This document shows, in pieces, positions 1 to 8,987 of a stretch of DNA of 64,000 nucleotides. The position numbers and the translations under genes were made by a program. Within the stretch, counting starts at the first letter, position 1. Each line of letters starts with the position of its first letter. Origin of the DNA: Deltaproteobacteria bacterium (GTDB lineage Bacteria; Myxococcota_A; UBA9160; SMWR01); the NCBI GenBank assembly GCA_032128375.1, contig JAQBGU010000107.1, forward strand, positions 32,001 through 96,000, written 5' to 3'. The notes beneath the pieces are model-generated. The model had not been told where the DNA came from. It did not search any database and saw only the letters and a program-made list of their open reading frames with translations.

Positions 1-912
1 TCGCCAGGCGTCGGGATAGTGCTGCTGGATCTCCTTCAACGTATCGATGGCACCTTCCATGTCGTTGTCGCCGATCTGAACGTCGGCGAGCGCCATCAAG
101 GTCGCTTGGTGATGCGGATGGTTTTCCAAGATCTCTCGAAAGATGGCCTGCTGCCCCTCGACATCGCCTTGTTCGCGCGCCAACCGCGCCAGTTGGGAGA
201 AGATCCGCACGTTGGTCGGCTCGATCGCCAGAGCCGTGCGAAGCGCCTTCTCTGCCTCCTTTGTGCTTCCCATCCTTTCATGGGCGTTGGCGAGCATGCC
301 ATAGGCGGCGGTGGAATCTTCATCGAGTTCGATCAGCCACTGGGCGATCTCGATCGCCTTCGACGAATCGTGTTCGAGGTGGATCTGGTAGAGCAACATT
401 GCCGCTTGTTCGCTGCGCGGGTTCCCGTCAACGTCGAGCAGCACTGCTTCGGCTTCCGCGAACTGCCGCGCCAGCCGGTACAACTGGCCCAGAAACAGCC
501 GCGTAAGATCGTCATCGGGCTCGAGCTCGAACGCGTGCTTTGCGTGCACGAGAGCCTGCGCCGGGTTTCCCTGGCGGATCAGCGAGTTTGCGAGCCGGCG
601 ATGGATGAACGGCGAATCCGGGTCTTTTGCCAAAGCGCGCTGGAATGCGGCCGTCGCCTGTTCGAGTTCACCGTGGGATTCGTGCTGCAAGCCGACCAGA
701 ACATCGTACTCGGGCGGTGCGTCCGGGCGCACTTCCACACCCAGCTCGCGCGACCCCGCCGTTTCGCTTTTCGGTGCCTCGAAACCCAGCGTCGCGCAGC
801 CCGCGCTCGACATCGCACCCGCGACCACCGCGGCCATCTGTAGTTGACCAATCAGTTGGCGAATCAGGGGGCGAATCCCTGTACGAATCCCTGTTCGCAT
901 CCCTTGGCTCAT
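1..912 (-). CDS. TPR-repeat lipoprotein, partial (runs off the window's left edge)
   Basis: Not in the ORF track because it has no stop in the window. Manual minus-strand translation from ATG 912 gives MSQGMRTGIRTGIRPLIRQLIGQLQMAAVVAGAMSSAGC (lipobox-like), then TPR-like helices (AFQRALAKDPDS, AFELEPDD, ALRTALAIEPTN). The + ORF 19..843 is its antisense shadow. Confidence 0.8.
   Translation of the reverse strand, partial: MSQGMRTGIRTGIRPLIRQLIGQLQMAAVVAGAMSSAGCATLGFEAPKSETAGSRELGVEVRPDAPPEYDVLVGLQHESHGELEQATAAFQRALAKDPDSPFIHRRLANSLIRQGNPAQALVHAKHAFELEPDDDLTRLFLGQLYRLARQFAEAEAVLLDVDGNPRSEQAAMLLYQIHLEHDSSKAIEIAQWLIELDEDSTAAYGMLANAHERMGSTKEAEKALRTALAIEPTNVRIFSQLARLAREQGDVEGQQAIFREILENHPHHQATLMALADVQIGDNDMEGAIDTLKEIQQHYPDAWR
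847..906. repeat. Degenerate 12-bp tandem repeat x5 in the N-terminus of the TPR gene
   Basis: accaatcagttg gcgaatcagggg gcgaatccctgt acgaatccctgt tcgcatcccttg. Confidence 0.75.
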
Positions 913-938
913 ACCGACTCCTGCCAGATCCTATCGGC

Positions 939-1562
939 TCATTCAGCCGCTGGCCCCGACAAATATCCCTTCCCGGCCAGGTAGTCGATCACCTGTCCGA
1001 CGCTCTGCTCGATGCTCTGACCGCCCGTATCGACCACCAGTTCGGGTTTGTTGGGTGCTTCGTATGGCGCCGAGATCCCCGTGAACTCGGGGATCTCTCC
1101 CGCCCGCGCCTTCTTGTATAGGCCCTTTACGTCGCGCCCCTCACAGGTCTCGAGGCTCGCGTCGACAAATACTTCAACAAAATCGCCATGTGGCATTAGC
1201 TCGCGGACCGCGTCGCGATCGGCACGATACGGCGAAATAAATGACGTGAACACGATCACTCCCGCCTCGGTAAACAGCTTCGAAACCTCACCGATACGCC
1301 GGATATTCTCGGTGCGATCCTCTGGTGAAAAACCCAGATTGCTATTGAGTCCGTGTCTGACGTTGTCGCCGTCCAAGACGTAAGCGAGGTGACGGCGATG
1401 GGTCAGCTCCGCTTCGGCAGCGACGGCCAGCGTCGATTTTCCAGAGCCTGATAGGCCGGTCAACCAGACGGTGACACCGCGTTGGCCAACCACGCGCTCC
1501 CGGTCCTTTCGTTCGATCTGACCGGAATGCCAGGTAATGTTGTCGCTCTTAGGTTCAGCCAA
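939..1562 (-). CDS. cysC: Adenylyl-sulfate kinase
   Basis: WLTGLSGSGKST P-loop, LDGDNVRHGLN, RDVKGLYKKARAGEIPEFTGISAPYEAP. Confidence 0.97.
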   Translation of the reverse strand: MAEPKSDNITWHSGQIERKDRERVVGQRGVTVWLTGLSGSGKSTLAVAAEAELTHRRHLAYVLDGDNVRHGLNSNLGFSPEDRTENIRRIGEVSKLFTEAGVIVFTSFISPYRADRDAVRELMPHGDFVEVFVDASLETCEGRDVKGLYKKARAGEIPEFTGISAPYEAPNKPELVVDTGGQSIEQSVGQVIDYLAGKGYLSGPAAE

Positions 1563-1641
1563 CGCAAAACTCCTTCGGTCTCGTGCTCTCGAGGGTCCGT
1601 CTCGAAACGGGTGCCAATATCCAGAACGTTGTAGTTCGTGT

Positions 1642-1700
1642 GATCAGTTCGTGATCAGATCGTCGATCCGTTCATCGATGGGCTCATCGATCGGTTCACC
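1642..1700. repeat. Degenerate ~12-bp tandem repeat x5 in the iscS-cysC spacer
   Basis: gatcagttcgt gatcagatcgtc gatccgttcatc gatgggctcatc gatcggttcacc. Confidence 0.7.
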
Positions 1701-1714
1701 CCATCGATGTCGGC

Positions 1715-2917
1715 TCAATTCCGAACCGCACCGGGACCTGGGAAGGTAGCGGGGACGCGCGACTCGGGCTCGCCTCGAAGCCGACGAATCACCTCGATCA
1801 GCCGATCGGCGACCCAGCCAACCTGGTCGGCGTCGTTGCCTCTGCCCAGACCGAAGCGCAGCGTGCTGCGCGCCATTTCGTCGCTCAGGCCGAGCGCACG
1901 AAGCACATGGCTGGGTTCGGGACTCCCCGAGGAGCAGGCCGAGCCCGCCGAGAGCGCCACCTGTGGTAGAGCGGCAATCAGCTGATCGGCCGAGATCCCA
2001 GGAAATGAAACGCTGAGATTTCCAGGCAGTCTGCGCTCGAGATGCCCATTGGTGATGGGATTGCCGAGTGCATCTGACAACCGCACCCACAGCATCTGGC
2101 GTAGCTCGCGGAGGCGGCGGGCTTCGGCATCGCGCTCAGCAAGACAGATTTCGACGGCCTTCGCAAAGCCCACGATTAGCGCGACCGGCAGCGTCCCGGA
2201 GCGGCGTCCGGCCTCCTGGCCGCCTCCAAATACCAGTGGACGGATCCGGACTTTCGGTCGGCGCTTGGCGACATACAGCAAACCGATTCCCTTGGGCCCA
2301 TAGAGTTTGTGGGCGCACATCGACAACAGATCCAGATTGCAGTGCTGCACGTCGATTGGAACCTTTCCGACTGCCTGGGCCGCATCAGTGTGGAACAGCA
2401 CAGCGCGTTCGCGACAGATCCGACCGATTTCCGCCAGAGGCTGGAGGGTGCCCACTTCGCTGTTGGCGGCCATTACCGATACCCAAAGCGTCCGGTCCGT
2501 GATGGCGCGCTCGACGGCAGCGGGGTCAACCAGACCGGTGCGGTCGACCGGAAGAACCGTCAAATCGAAGCCCTCGGATTCTAGAGCGCGGCTGGTCTCG
2601 AGTACGGCGGGGTGCTCGATGGCTGTGGTGATGAGGTGATTTTTTTCGGGTGCGGCCCGGGCAGTCCCGAGCAGCGCGAGGTTGTCGCTCTCGGTTGTGC
2701 CACTGGTGAACACAAGTTCACTCGGGTCCCGCGCACCAATCGCGGCCGCGAGATTTTCCCTCGCCAGGGCAACCGCAGCCTCGGCACGCCAGCCGAACAA
2801 GTGACTGCTGCTCGACGCGTTGCCGAAATCGTCTGAGGCGTACGGAGACATCGCCTCGACGACGCGCGGATCGACCGGAGTGGTCGCGTGGTGGTCGAGA
2901 TAGATCGGCGCGCTCAC
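1715..2917 (-). CDS. iscS: Cysteine desulfurase (IscS/NifS family)
   Basis: YLDHHATTP, FTSGTTESDN, HTDAAQAVGK, AHKLYGPKGIG (PLP lysine), SAGSACSS (catalytic Cys). Confidence 0.93.
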   Translation of the reverse strand: MSAPIYLDHHATTPVDPRVVEAMSPYASDDFGNASSSSHLFGWRAEAAVALARENLAAAIGARDPSELVFTSGTTESDNLALLGTARAAPEKNHLITTAIEHPAVLETSRALESEGFDLTVLPVDRTGLVDPAAVERAITDRTLWVSVMAANSEVGTLQPLAEIGRICRERAVLFHTDAAQAVGKVPIDVQHCNLDLLSMCAHKLYGPKGIGLLYVAKRRPKVRIRPLVFGGGQEAGRRSGTLPVALIVGFAKAVEICLAERDAEARRLRELRQMLWVRLSDALGNPITNGHLERRLPGNLSVSFPGISADQLIAALPQVALSAGSACSSGSPEPSHVLRALGLSDEMARSTLRFGLGRGNDADQVGWVADRLIEVIRRLRGEPESRVPATFPGPGAVRN

Positions 2918-3013
2918 GAACCTGGCGGGCTGCGGCCGTGGGTGCGTTGGAGGCGGTGCGACCCGCGGTAGCGCTCGCGGTGCGGCCCCCGACTCCTCTG
3001 GATTCGCTGCTCT

Positions 3014-3346
3014 CTAGGCAGCGAAGGATTCTCCACAACCACAGGTAGCGCTTGCATTTGGGTTGCCCATCTTGAACCCGGTCTCGTTTAGCGTATCCAC
3101 GAAATCGAGCTTGGTCCCCATCAGGTACAGCGCACTCTTCTCATCAATAATGACCCGAATCCCATGCGCTTGAATCTCGGAATCAATCTCTTTGAACTGG
3201 TCATCGAACGCGAGCTCGTAGCGAAGCCCCGAGCAACCTCCACCCACCACCTTCATCCGCAGGGCATGGGTGTCGAGCTTCCCGTCTTTTTCGAGCAGTT
3301 CGTGGATCCGCCGACCGGCGGCTTCTGTGACTTCAATGATCGACAT
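3014..3346 (-). CDS. iscA: Fe-S cluster assembly A-type carrier (HesB/IscA/ErpA)
   Basis: GGGCSGLRY and NPNASATCGCGESF motifs; start chosen at MSIIEV after a GGGAAGAG RBS. Confidence 0.92.
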   Translation of the reverse strand: MSIIEVTEAAGRRIHELLEKDGKLDTHALRMKVVGGGCSGLRYELAFDDQFKEIDSEIQAHGIRVIIDEKSALYLMGTKLDFVDTLNETGFKMGNPNASATCGCGESFAA

Positions 3347-3382
3347 ATACTCTTCCCGCCAGTTCGCCTTTCGGTTCAAGCC

Positions 3383-3437
3383 GTTGTTCGACTGCTGTTC
3401 GACTGTTGTTCGACTGCTGTTCGACTGCTGTTCGACA
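3383..3437. repeat. 11-bp tandem repeat x5 (G[C/T]TGTTCGAC[T/A]) in the iscA leader
   Basis: gttgttcgact gctgttcgact gttgttcgact gctgttcgact gctgttcgaca. Confidence 0.92.
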
Positions 3438-3442
3438 CAGGG

Positions 3443-3470
3443 AGAATAGGCACGAGTGCCTCTAAGTCAA
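3443..3470 (-). promoter_or_regulatory. Putative sigma70-type promoter for iscA-iscS
   Basis: Minus strand TTGACT-16 nt-TATTCT; the spacer holds the palindrome AGGCAC-GA-GTGCCT (3448-3461). Confidence 0.45.
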
Positions 3471-3490
3471 ATCGACGGGTGCTCTGCCGC

Positions 3491-4267
3491 TCATTCGCTT
3501 CGATCTGGCATACCCGCCGCCTCCTCTTCGGCCGGCCGAGGCAGGAACCTCACGAAGATCTCGCGGTTGCCTTTCGGCCCAGCCAAACGGCTGTCCGCGC
3601 TTGCGACCGGGTCCCAGCCGAGTTCGGTCCCGCAGACGGCGACACGGTCTGCGGCGGCCCCTCGCAACACGGGATCGCGAACGACGCCGCCCTTGCCGAC
3701 TTGCCCCTTGCCGACCTCGAATTGCGGCTTGACCATCACGAGCAGCTCGCAGCTCGGCAGTTCCCGAGCCAGCATCGGCAACAGCAAAAGCACTGAAATA
3801 AACGAAACATCGACGACCACCAGACTCGGTATTGCGTCCAGATCTGATGCCTTGAGGTAGCGAGCGTTGGTTCGCTCCATCACGCTCACGCGCGGGTCTT
3901 CACGAAGGCGCAAATCGAGCTGGCCCCAACCCACATCTACCGCGACAACGCGGCTGGCTCCCGCTTGGAGCAGGCAATCAGTAAAGCCTCCCGTCGAGGC
4001 GCCGAGATCGAGGCAAATTCGTCCCCGCGGATCGACACCCAGGTCCTCGAGCGCACCCGAGAGCTTCTCGCCACCGCGCGACACATAGCGGCGATCTTCT
4101 CCGCGGAGCCGGAGCTTTGCTTGATCCGCAACGCGTGTGCCCGGCTTGTCGATCGGCACGTCGTCGACCAGCACGCGACCGGCTCGAATCAGCGCCTGTG
4201 CGCGGGTGCGTGACTCTGCCAGCGCGTCGGCGACCACCCGCTCGTCCAGGCGCTGGCGCGCACTCAC
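3491..4267 (-). CDS. tlyA: TlyA-family rRNA 2'-O-methyltransferase
   Basis: S4 domain (RLDERVV...SRTRAQALIRAGRV), YVSRGGEKL, DLGASTGGFTDCLLQ, DVSFIS, VKPQFE; downstream of dxs as is typical. Confidence 0.95.
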   Translation of the reverse strand: MSARQRLDERVVADALAESRTRAQALIRAGRVLVDDVPIDKPGTRVADQAKLRLRGEDRRYVSRGGEKLSGALEDLGVDPRGRICLDLGASTGGFTDCLLQAGASRVVAVDVGWGQLDLRLREDPRVSVMERTNARYLKASDLDAIPSLVVVDVSFISVLLLLPMLARELPSCELLVMVKPQFEVGKGQVGKGGVVRDPVLRGAAADRVAVCGTELGWDPVASADSRLAGPKGNREIFVRFLPRPAEEEAAGMPDRSE

Positions 4268-6177
4268 TGGCTCGTCGGCAGCTTGCCGAGCAGACGCAGC
4301 AGGGCCTTGACGGCCTCGGCAATTCCGTCGCGATCGAGCCCGAACTCAGCGCGAATTTTCTGGGGGTCCCCGTGCTCGACGATCCGATCCCCAATCGCCA
4401 GACACCGAATCGGCACCTGCACGCCCGCCTCGGCCAATACCTCCAAAACGGCCGAGCCGAACCCGCCGATTCCAGAGTGCTCTTCTACGGTCACCAGCAC
4501 CGAGCAGCGTCTTGCGAGCGCCAGGATTCGGCTCTTGTCGACGGGTTTCGCAAAACGAGCGTTCAGCACGGCGATCGAGATGCCGTCTGCCGAGAGTTCT
4601 GCCGCAGCTTCCATCGCCTCGTGGGCCAACGTACCGAGCACGATGACGGCAGCATCGTCACCGTCGCGCATCAACTCGGCCTCGCCGATCGGGATGGGCT
4701 TGATGTCCGGGTCGAGCGGAACGCCGAGACCTGTGCCACGCGGGAAGCGCACTGCCGCCGGACCTGGGTATTCGACCGCCGTTCGGACCATGTGGCGCAG
4801 CTCGTTTTCGTCCTTCGGCGCCATGATCGTAATATTCGGAAGCGCGCGCAGGTAAGTCAGATCGTAGAAGCCCTGGTGGGTCGCTCCGTCTGCCCCGACG
4901 ATTCCAGCACGGTCGAGCGCCAGTGTCACATCCAGATTCTGAAGGCAGACGTCGTGCACAACCTGGTCGAACGCGCGCTGCAGGAATGTCGAGTAGATGG
5001 CCGCTACCGGTTTCATCCCCTCGGATGCGAGGCCCGCCGCGAAGGTGACCGCGTGCTGTTCGGCGATCCCAACATCGTAGAAGCGGTCCGGAAAAGCCCG
5101 GCTGAAACGATCGAGCCCGGTTCCGTCCGCCATCGCAGCGGTAATCGCCAGGATTCGTTCGTCGCTCTTCGCCAGCTCAATGAGTGCATCCGCAAATACA
5201 TCCTGGTACTTCGGCGGGCCCGGCTTGCTGGGGTAGAAGGCTCCTGATTCGATCTCGAATGCGCCTACGCCGTGATACTTGAACGGATCCTGTTCAGCGG
5301 GCTCGTAACCGCGGCCCTTCGACGTCAACGCGTGCACCAGAATCGGGCCCTCCCCGTTGGCGATCATCTGCTTGACGTTGGCGAAGGTCTCGAGCAGTAC
5401 GTCGACGCGATGGCCCTGGATCGGGCCGACGTACTTGAAATTCAGCGCTTCGAAGAGCATTCCCGGCAGGAAGAACACCTTCAGGGATTCTTCGACCTTC
5501 TGCGCCCAGTGCAGCATGTCACCCGGAAGCGTACTCAGGAATTCCCTGGCAAAACCCTTCACGCGTCGAACCATCGGTTTGGAAAGTTTCCGGGACAGAT
5601 AGGATGACATCGCGCCGACGTTCGGCGAGATCGACATCTCGTTGTCATTGAGAACCACAACGAGGTTCTTCTGTTGCAGATGGCCCGAATGGTTGAGCGC
5701 CTCGAACGCCATCCCCGCGGTCATCCCTCCGTCTCCGATGAACGCAATCGCGCAGCGATCGCCGTGGCCCTGGTGTTGCATCGCGCGCGCCATACCGAGT
5801 GCAGCCGAAATCGATGTCCCCGCGTGTCCAGCGCCAAACGAATCGAATTCCGACTCGGAGCGGCGCAAGAACTTCGCGATGCCACCCTCCATGCCGATCC
5901 GATCGAAACCCTCCCGCCGGCCCGTCAACATCTTGTGTGGATAGCCCTGGTGGCCCACGTCCAGCACGAGCCTGTCGCGGGGGGTATCGAAGACATAGTG
6001 GATCGCTGTCAGCAGTTCGACGGCCCCCAGACTCGATGCCAGGTGCCCCCCGGTGCGCGATACGCGCTGGATGATCTCGGAGCGAAGCTCTTCGGTCACC
6101 ATCACGACTTGTTCCCGTGTGAGCTTTCTCAAGTCCTCCGGTGACTCGATCTGATCCAGCCATCCCGCGCCGCTCAT
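4264..6177 (-). CDS. dxs: 1-deoxy-D-xylulose-5-phosphate synthase
   Basis: GGHLASSLGAVEL, DVGHQGYPHK, GDGGMTAGMAFEALN, DVGIAEQHAV, DRAGIVGADGATHQG. Confidence 0.98.
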   Translation of the reverse strand: MSGAGWLDQIESPEDLRKLTREQVVMVTEELRSEIIQRVSRTGGHLASSLGAVELLTAIHYVFDTPRDRLVLDVGHQGYPHKMLTGRREGFDRIGMEGGIAKFLRRSESEFDSFGAGHAGTSISAALGMARAMQHQGHGDRCAIAFIGDGGMTAGMAFEALNHSGHLQQKNLVVVLNDNEMSISPNVGAMSSYLSRKLSKPMVRRVKGFAREFLSTLPGDMLHWAQKVEESLKVFFLPGMLFEALNFKYVGPIQGHRVDVLLETFANVKQMIANGEGPILVHALTSKGRGYEPAEQDPFKYHGVGAFEIESGAFYPSKPGPPKYQDVFADALIELAKSDERILAITAAMADGTGLDRFSRAFPDRFYDVGIAEQHAVTFAAGLASEGMKPVAAIYSTFLQRAFDQVVHDVCLQNLDVTLALDRAGIVGADGATHQGFYDLTYLRALPNITIMAPKDENELRHMVRTAVEYPGPAAVRFPRGTGLGVPLDPDIKPIPIGEAELMRDGDDAAVIVLGTLAHEAMEAAAELSADGISIAVLNARFAKPVDKSRILALARRCSVLVTVEEHSGIGGFGSAVLEVLAEAGVQVPIRCLAIGDRIVEHGDPQKIRAEFGLDRDGIAEAVKALLRLLGKLPTSQ

Positions 6178-7016
6178 ATACTCCTCCGAACCGCGAACTG
6201 CACCAGCTGCCGCAATGGTTCCGCTTTGTCACCCAGACAATCGAGCTCACCAAGTGCCACCACCAACAGCTCTTCGGCGCGACGCCGTGACGCATCCAAC
6301 CCCAGTACCCGGACCAGTGAGCACGCATCGTCCTCGCCCTCATCGAGCACATCGTCGGCGATCTGAAACGCGACCCCGGCGGCGTAACCGCAGCGTTGGA
6401 ATCGCTCTACGGTGTCTCGATCGGCCCCTGCCAGCTGGGCGCCTCCCACGATGGATGCACAGATCAGCGCGCCGGACTTGCGGCCGTGAATCGATTCGAC
6501 AGCCGCGGCATCGACTCTTGTGAGGTCGAAGTCGAGGTCGTCCGCCTGGCCGCCGACCAACTGCAGCGAGCCGGCGGCCCGGGCGAGTTCGCGCATCGCG
6601 GCCAGCTTTTGTTCGGCAGACGCATCGCCATCACCGGCCGCGAGAACCTCGAAGGCTCTAGCCAACAGCGCGTCTCCCGCCAACACCGCGATCGCTTCGC
6701 CGAAAGCGACATGCACCGCTGGCACTCCTCGTCGCTCGTCGTCGTCATCCATGCAGGGGAGATCATCGTGGATCAGCGAATACGTGTGCACGAGTTCGAC
6801 CGCCACCGCCATCGGCAACGCTCGCTGCGGTGGCGCACCCACCGCTTCGGCTGCGGACATCGCGAGCACCGGCCGCAGCCGTTTGCCACCGGGAAACAAG
6901 ATGTGCCGCATCGCTGCGTGGAGTATTGCCGGGTCCTCGGACGCAGCGGGAATCGCAGCCTCGAGCAGCCGGTCGACCATCGGAATGCACTCACGGAAGT
7001 AGGCGTGGACGTCCAC
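6174..7016 (-). CDS. ispA: Farnesyl/geranylgeranyl diphosphate synthase
   Basis: GGKRLRP, SLIHDDLPCMDDDDERRG, FQIADDVLD; xseB-ispA-dxs synteny. Confidence 0.93.
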   Translation of the reverse strand: MDVHAYFRECIPMVDRLLEAAIPAASEDPAILHAAMRHILFPGGKRLRPVLAMSAAEAVGAPPQRALPMAVAVELVHTYSLIHDDLPCMDDDDERRGVPAVHVAFGEAIAVLAGDALLARAFEVLAAGDGDASAEQKLAAMRELARAAGSLQLVGGQADDLDFDLTRVDAAAVESIHGRKSGALICASIVGGAQLAGADRDTVERFQRCGYAAGVAFQIADDVLDEGEDDACSLVRVLGLDASRRRAEELLVVALGELDCLGDKAEPLRQLVQFAVRRSI

Positions 7017-7348
7017 TAGTCCTCTTCCCCGGCTTCGGCGGCCTTGTCATTGTCAGCTGATAAGACGCCGTCAGCTGATAAAAAGGGACGAGCGATCCAT
7101 TTCTCGCCCTCGCGCACAAGGATTTCGATTCGGCGCTCGGCGTTCGCTAGCTCTCCTGCGCAACGTCGCGTGAGTTTCACTCCTTCCTCGAAGTCAGCGA
7201 GTGCAGACTCGAGTTCGACATCCCCCTCTTCCAGTCGATCGACGATCAACTCCAGCCGCGCAAGGGCCTGCTCGAAACTCGGCTCGCCCGCCGCGCCTTC
7301 TGCCGATCTGGACTGTTGCTTCGAACCCTCGGGATCGTCTTCGCTCAT
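7016..7348 (-). CDS. xseB: Exodeoxyribonuclease VII small subunit
   Basis: SFEQALARLELIVDRLEEGDVELESALADFEEGVKLTRRC; start at MSEDD with a GAAGGT RBS (the 227-aa ORF is an upstream extension). Confidence 0.92.
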   Translation of the reverse strand: MSEDDPEGSKQQSRSAEGAAGEPSFEQALARLELIVDRLEEGDVELESALADFEEGVKLTRRCAGELANAERRIEILVREGEKWIARPFLSADGVLSADNDKAAEAGEED

Positions 7349-7371
7349 ACCTTCGACCTGCGTGCCTTTTT

Positions 7372-7467
7372 TGACTGAATGTCTGACTGAATGTCTGACT
7401 GAATCTCTTGATGATGTCTCGCTGAATGCCTTGCTGAATGTGTTGCACGAACTCTCGCTGAAAACTT
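7372..7467. repeat. Degenerate ~12-bp tandem repeat x8 in the xseA-xseB spacer
   Basis: tgactgaatgtc tgactgaatgtc tgactgaatctc ttgatgatgtct cgctgaatgcct tgctgaatgtgt tgcacgaactct cgctgaaaactt. Confidence 0.8.
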
Positions 7468-7717
7468 GTCCTACCGGCTGCTTTTCCGGCTGTTCTTCGA
7501 CTTCGGACGAGAAGAGCGGATCGCGCTGCGCGAGTGGAACCGCGCGGCTTGCGGCGTCGAGACGAGGAAAATTGACGATCCCACTTGCTGCTAGTTGCTG
7601 CCGGTTTCGCCCACGCCGCCAACGCGTCAATGCTTGTGCGGCATCTACTGACTGTGCGGCCATGCTACCCATGGCTCCGGCGAGCGTCAACGGAGACAAA
7701 CTTCGAACTGGCTGTTT

Positions 7718-8962
7718 TCAAAGGAGCTTTATCGTACCTGTGGGGGCGTCCAACGGCTGGACGGACGCTACGACGGCTTCGAGCTGCGCGCGTGCGAGCC
7801 GAATCGAAAGTCGATCCCCGGTGGCGAGTTGGTCCGCGGATCGCGGGATCGAACCGTCCCCCGCGTGCCGCACCAACGCATAGCCCCGACCCAACACCCC
7901 GAGTGGCGAAAGCGAGTCTAGCCTGCCGCCCAACCCGGCCAACGCCGCCCGCGCGCGAACCAAGTGTGCGCTTGCCGCGCGCCCGAGTGCGCGCGACGCG
8001 GCCTCGAAGCGCGCGCGTTGGGTCGCCAACCGCGCGGATGGAGCGAGCGCGCGCAGTGCTTCGCTCTCTTTTTCGAGTCGCGCCCGAGCGCTCTTGGTGA
8101 TCGAGGCTATCGCTCGCAGCATCCGCTGCCAATCGCGTTGCAGGTGACGCGCCAGCTGGGTCCCGTCAGGCACCGCAAGTTCTGCAGCGGCCGACGGAGT
8201 CGCCGCGCGCGCGTCCGCCGCAAGGTCGGCGATCGTCACGTCTAGCTCGTGCCCCACACCCGAAATCACGGGTACCGCGGCGCGCACGATCGCGCGGGCA
8301 ACCGCTTCCGAATTGAACGCAGCCAGGTCCTCGAGCGAGCCACCGCCTCGAACGAGCAAGATCAGATCGACCCCGGGCCTGCCGCTCAATCGATCGAGCG
8401 CGGCAGCGATCTCTGCATCGGATCCGTCGCCCTGCACACGGGTAGCCGAGATCGTAATGGCTGCGCCGGGGTAGCGTCGACCGGTGACGCTCAACACGTC
8501 GCGGATAGCGGCCCCAGTCGGCGAGGTGACTACACCGAGATGCCTCGGCCGTTCTGGCAACGCACGTTTGCGTCGCGGATCGAACAATCCTTCGGCTTCG
8601 AGCCGATTGCGAAGCTGCTCGAACGCCAGTTGCAGCGCACCAAGTCCCCGCGGCTCGAGTTCGCGAACGATCAGTTGCAGATCACCGCGAGCCTCGTAAA
8701 TCGAGACCTCGGCGTAGACCAATACTTCGAGTCCGTCTTCCGGATCGAACTTCAGCCGGCGCGCCGCATTGCGAAACAGCGCCGCGCGAAGCTGCCCGGA
8801 AGCGTCCTTGAGTGTGAAATAGATGTGACCGGACTTTGCCAGGTGCACGTTGCTGAGCTCGCCTACGATCCAGATACGACCGATGCGTTGCTCGACGATC
8901 GACCGGACACCGGCCAGCACCTGCGCCACCGTGTAGATTCGCTTCGCGTCGGGCTCGCTCAT
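7718..8962 (-). CDS. xseA: Exodeoxyribonuclease VII large subunit
   Basis: OB fold (GELSNVHLAKSGHIYFTLKD), VTSPTGAAIRD, RGGGSLEDLAAFN, SGVGHELD, TPSAAAE. Confidence 0.97.
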   Translation of the reverse strand: MSEPDAKRIYTVAQVLAGVRSIVEQRIGRIWIVGELSNVHLAKSGHIYFTLKDASGQLRAALFRNAARRLKFDPEDGLEVLVYAEVSIYEARGDLQLIVRELEPRGLGALQLAFEQLRNRLEAEGLFDPRRKRALPERPRHLGVVTSPTGAAIRDVLSVTGRRYPGAAITISATRVQGDGSDAEIAAALDRLSGRPGVDLILLVRGGGSLEDLAAFNSEAVARAIVRAAVPVISGVGHELDVTIADLAADARAATPSAAAELAVPDGTQLARHLQRDWQRMLRAIASITKSARARLEKESEALRALAPSARLATQRARFEAASRALGRAASAHLVRARAALAGLGGRLDSLSPLGVLGRGYALVRHAGDGSIPRSADQLATGDRLSIRLARAQLEAVVASVQPLDAPTGTIKLL

Positions 8963-8987
8963 ACCTTCTGGGGGACGGCGGCCACGT

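Noticed and set aside
19..843. 274-aa + strand ORF
   Set aside because: Antisense shadow of the minus-strand TPR lipoprotein, which reads as a real protein.
1598..1613. Possible sigma54 site upstream of cysC (minus strand TGGCACCCGTTTCGA)
   Set aside because: It lacks the conserved GC at -12.
3383..3437. CRISPR array interpretation of this and the other short repeats
   Set aside because: Units are 9-18 bp and contiguous without unique spacers; no cas genes are present.
7349..7699. 227-aa XseB with a long N-terminal extension
   Set aside because: The extension is repeat-derived and low complexity; a good RBS precedes ATG 7348.
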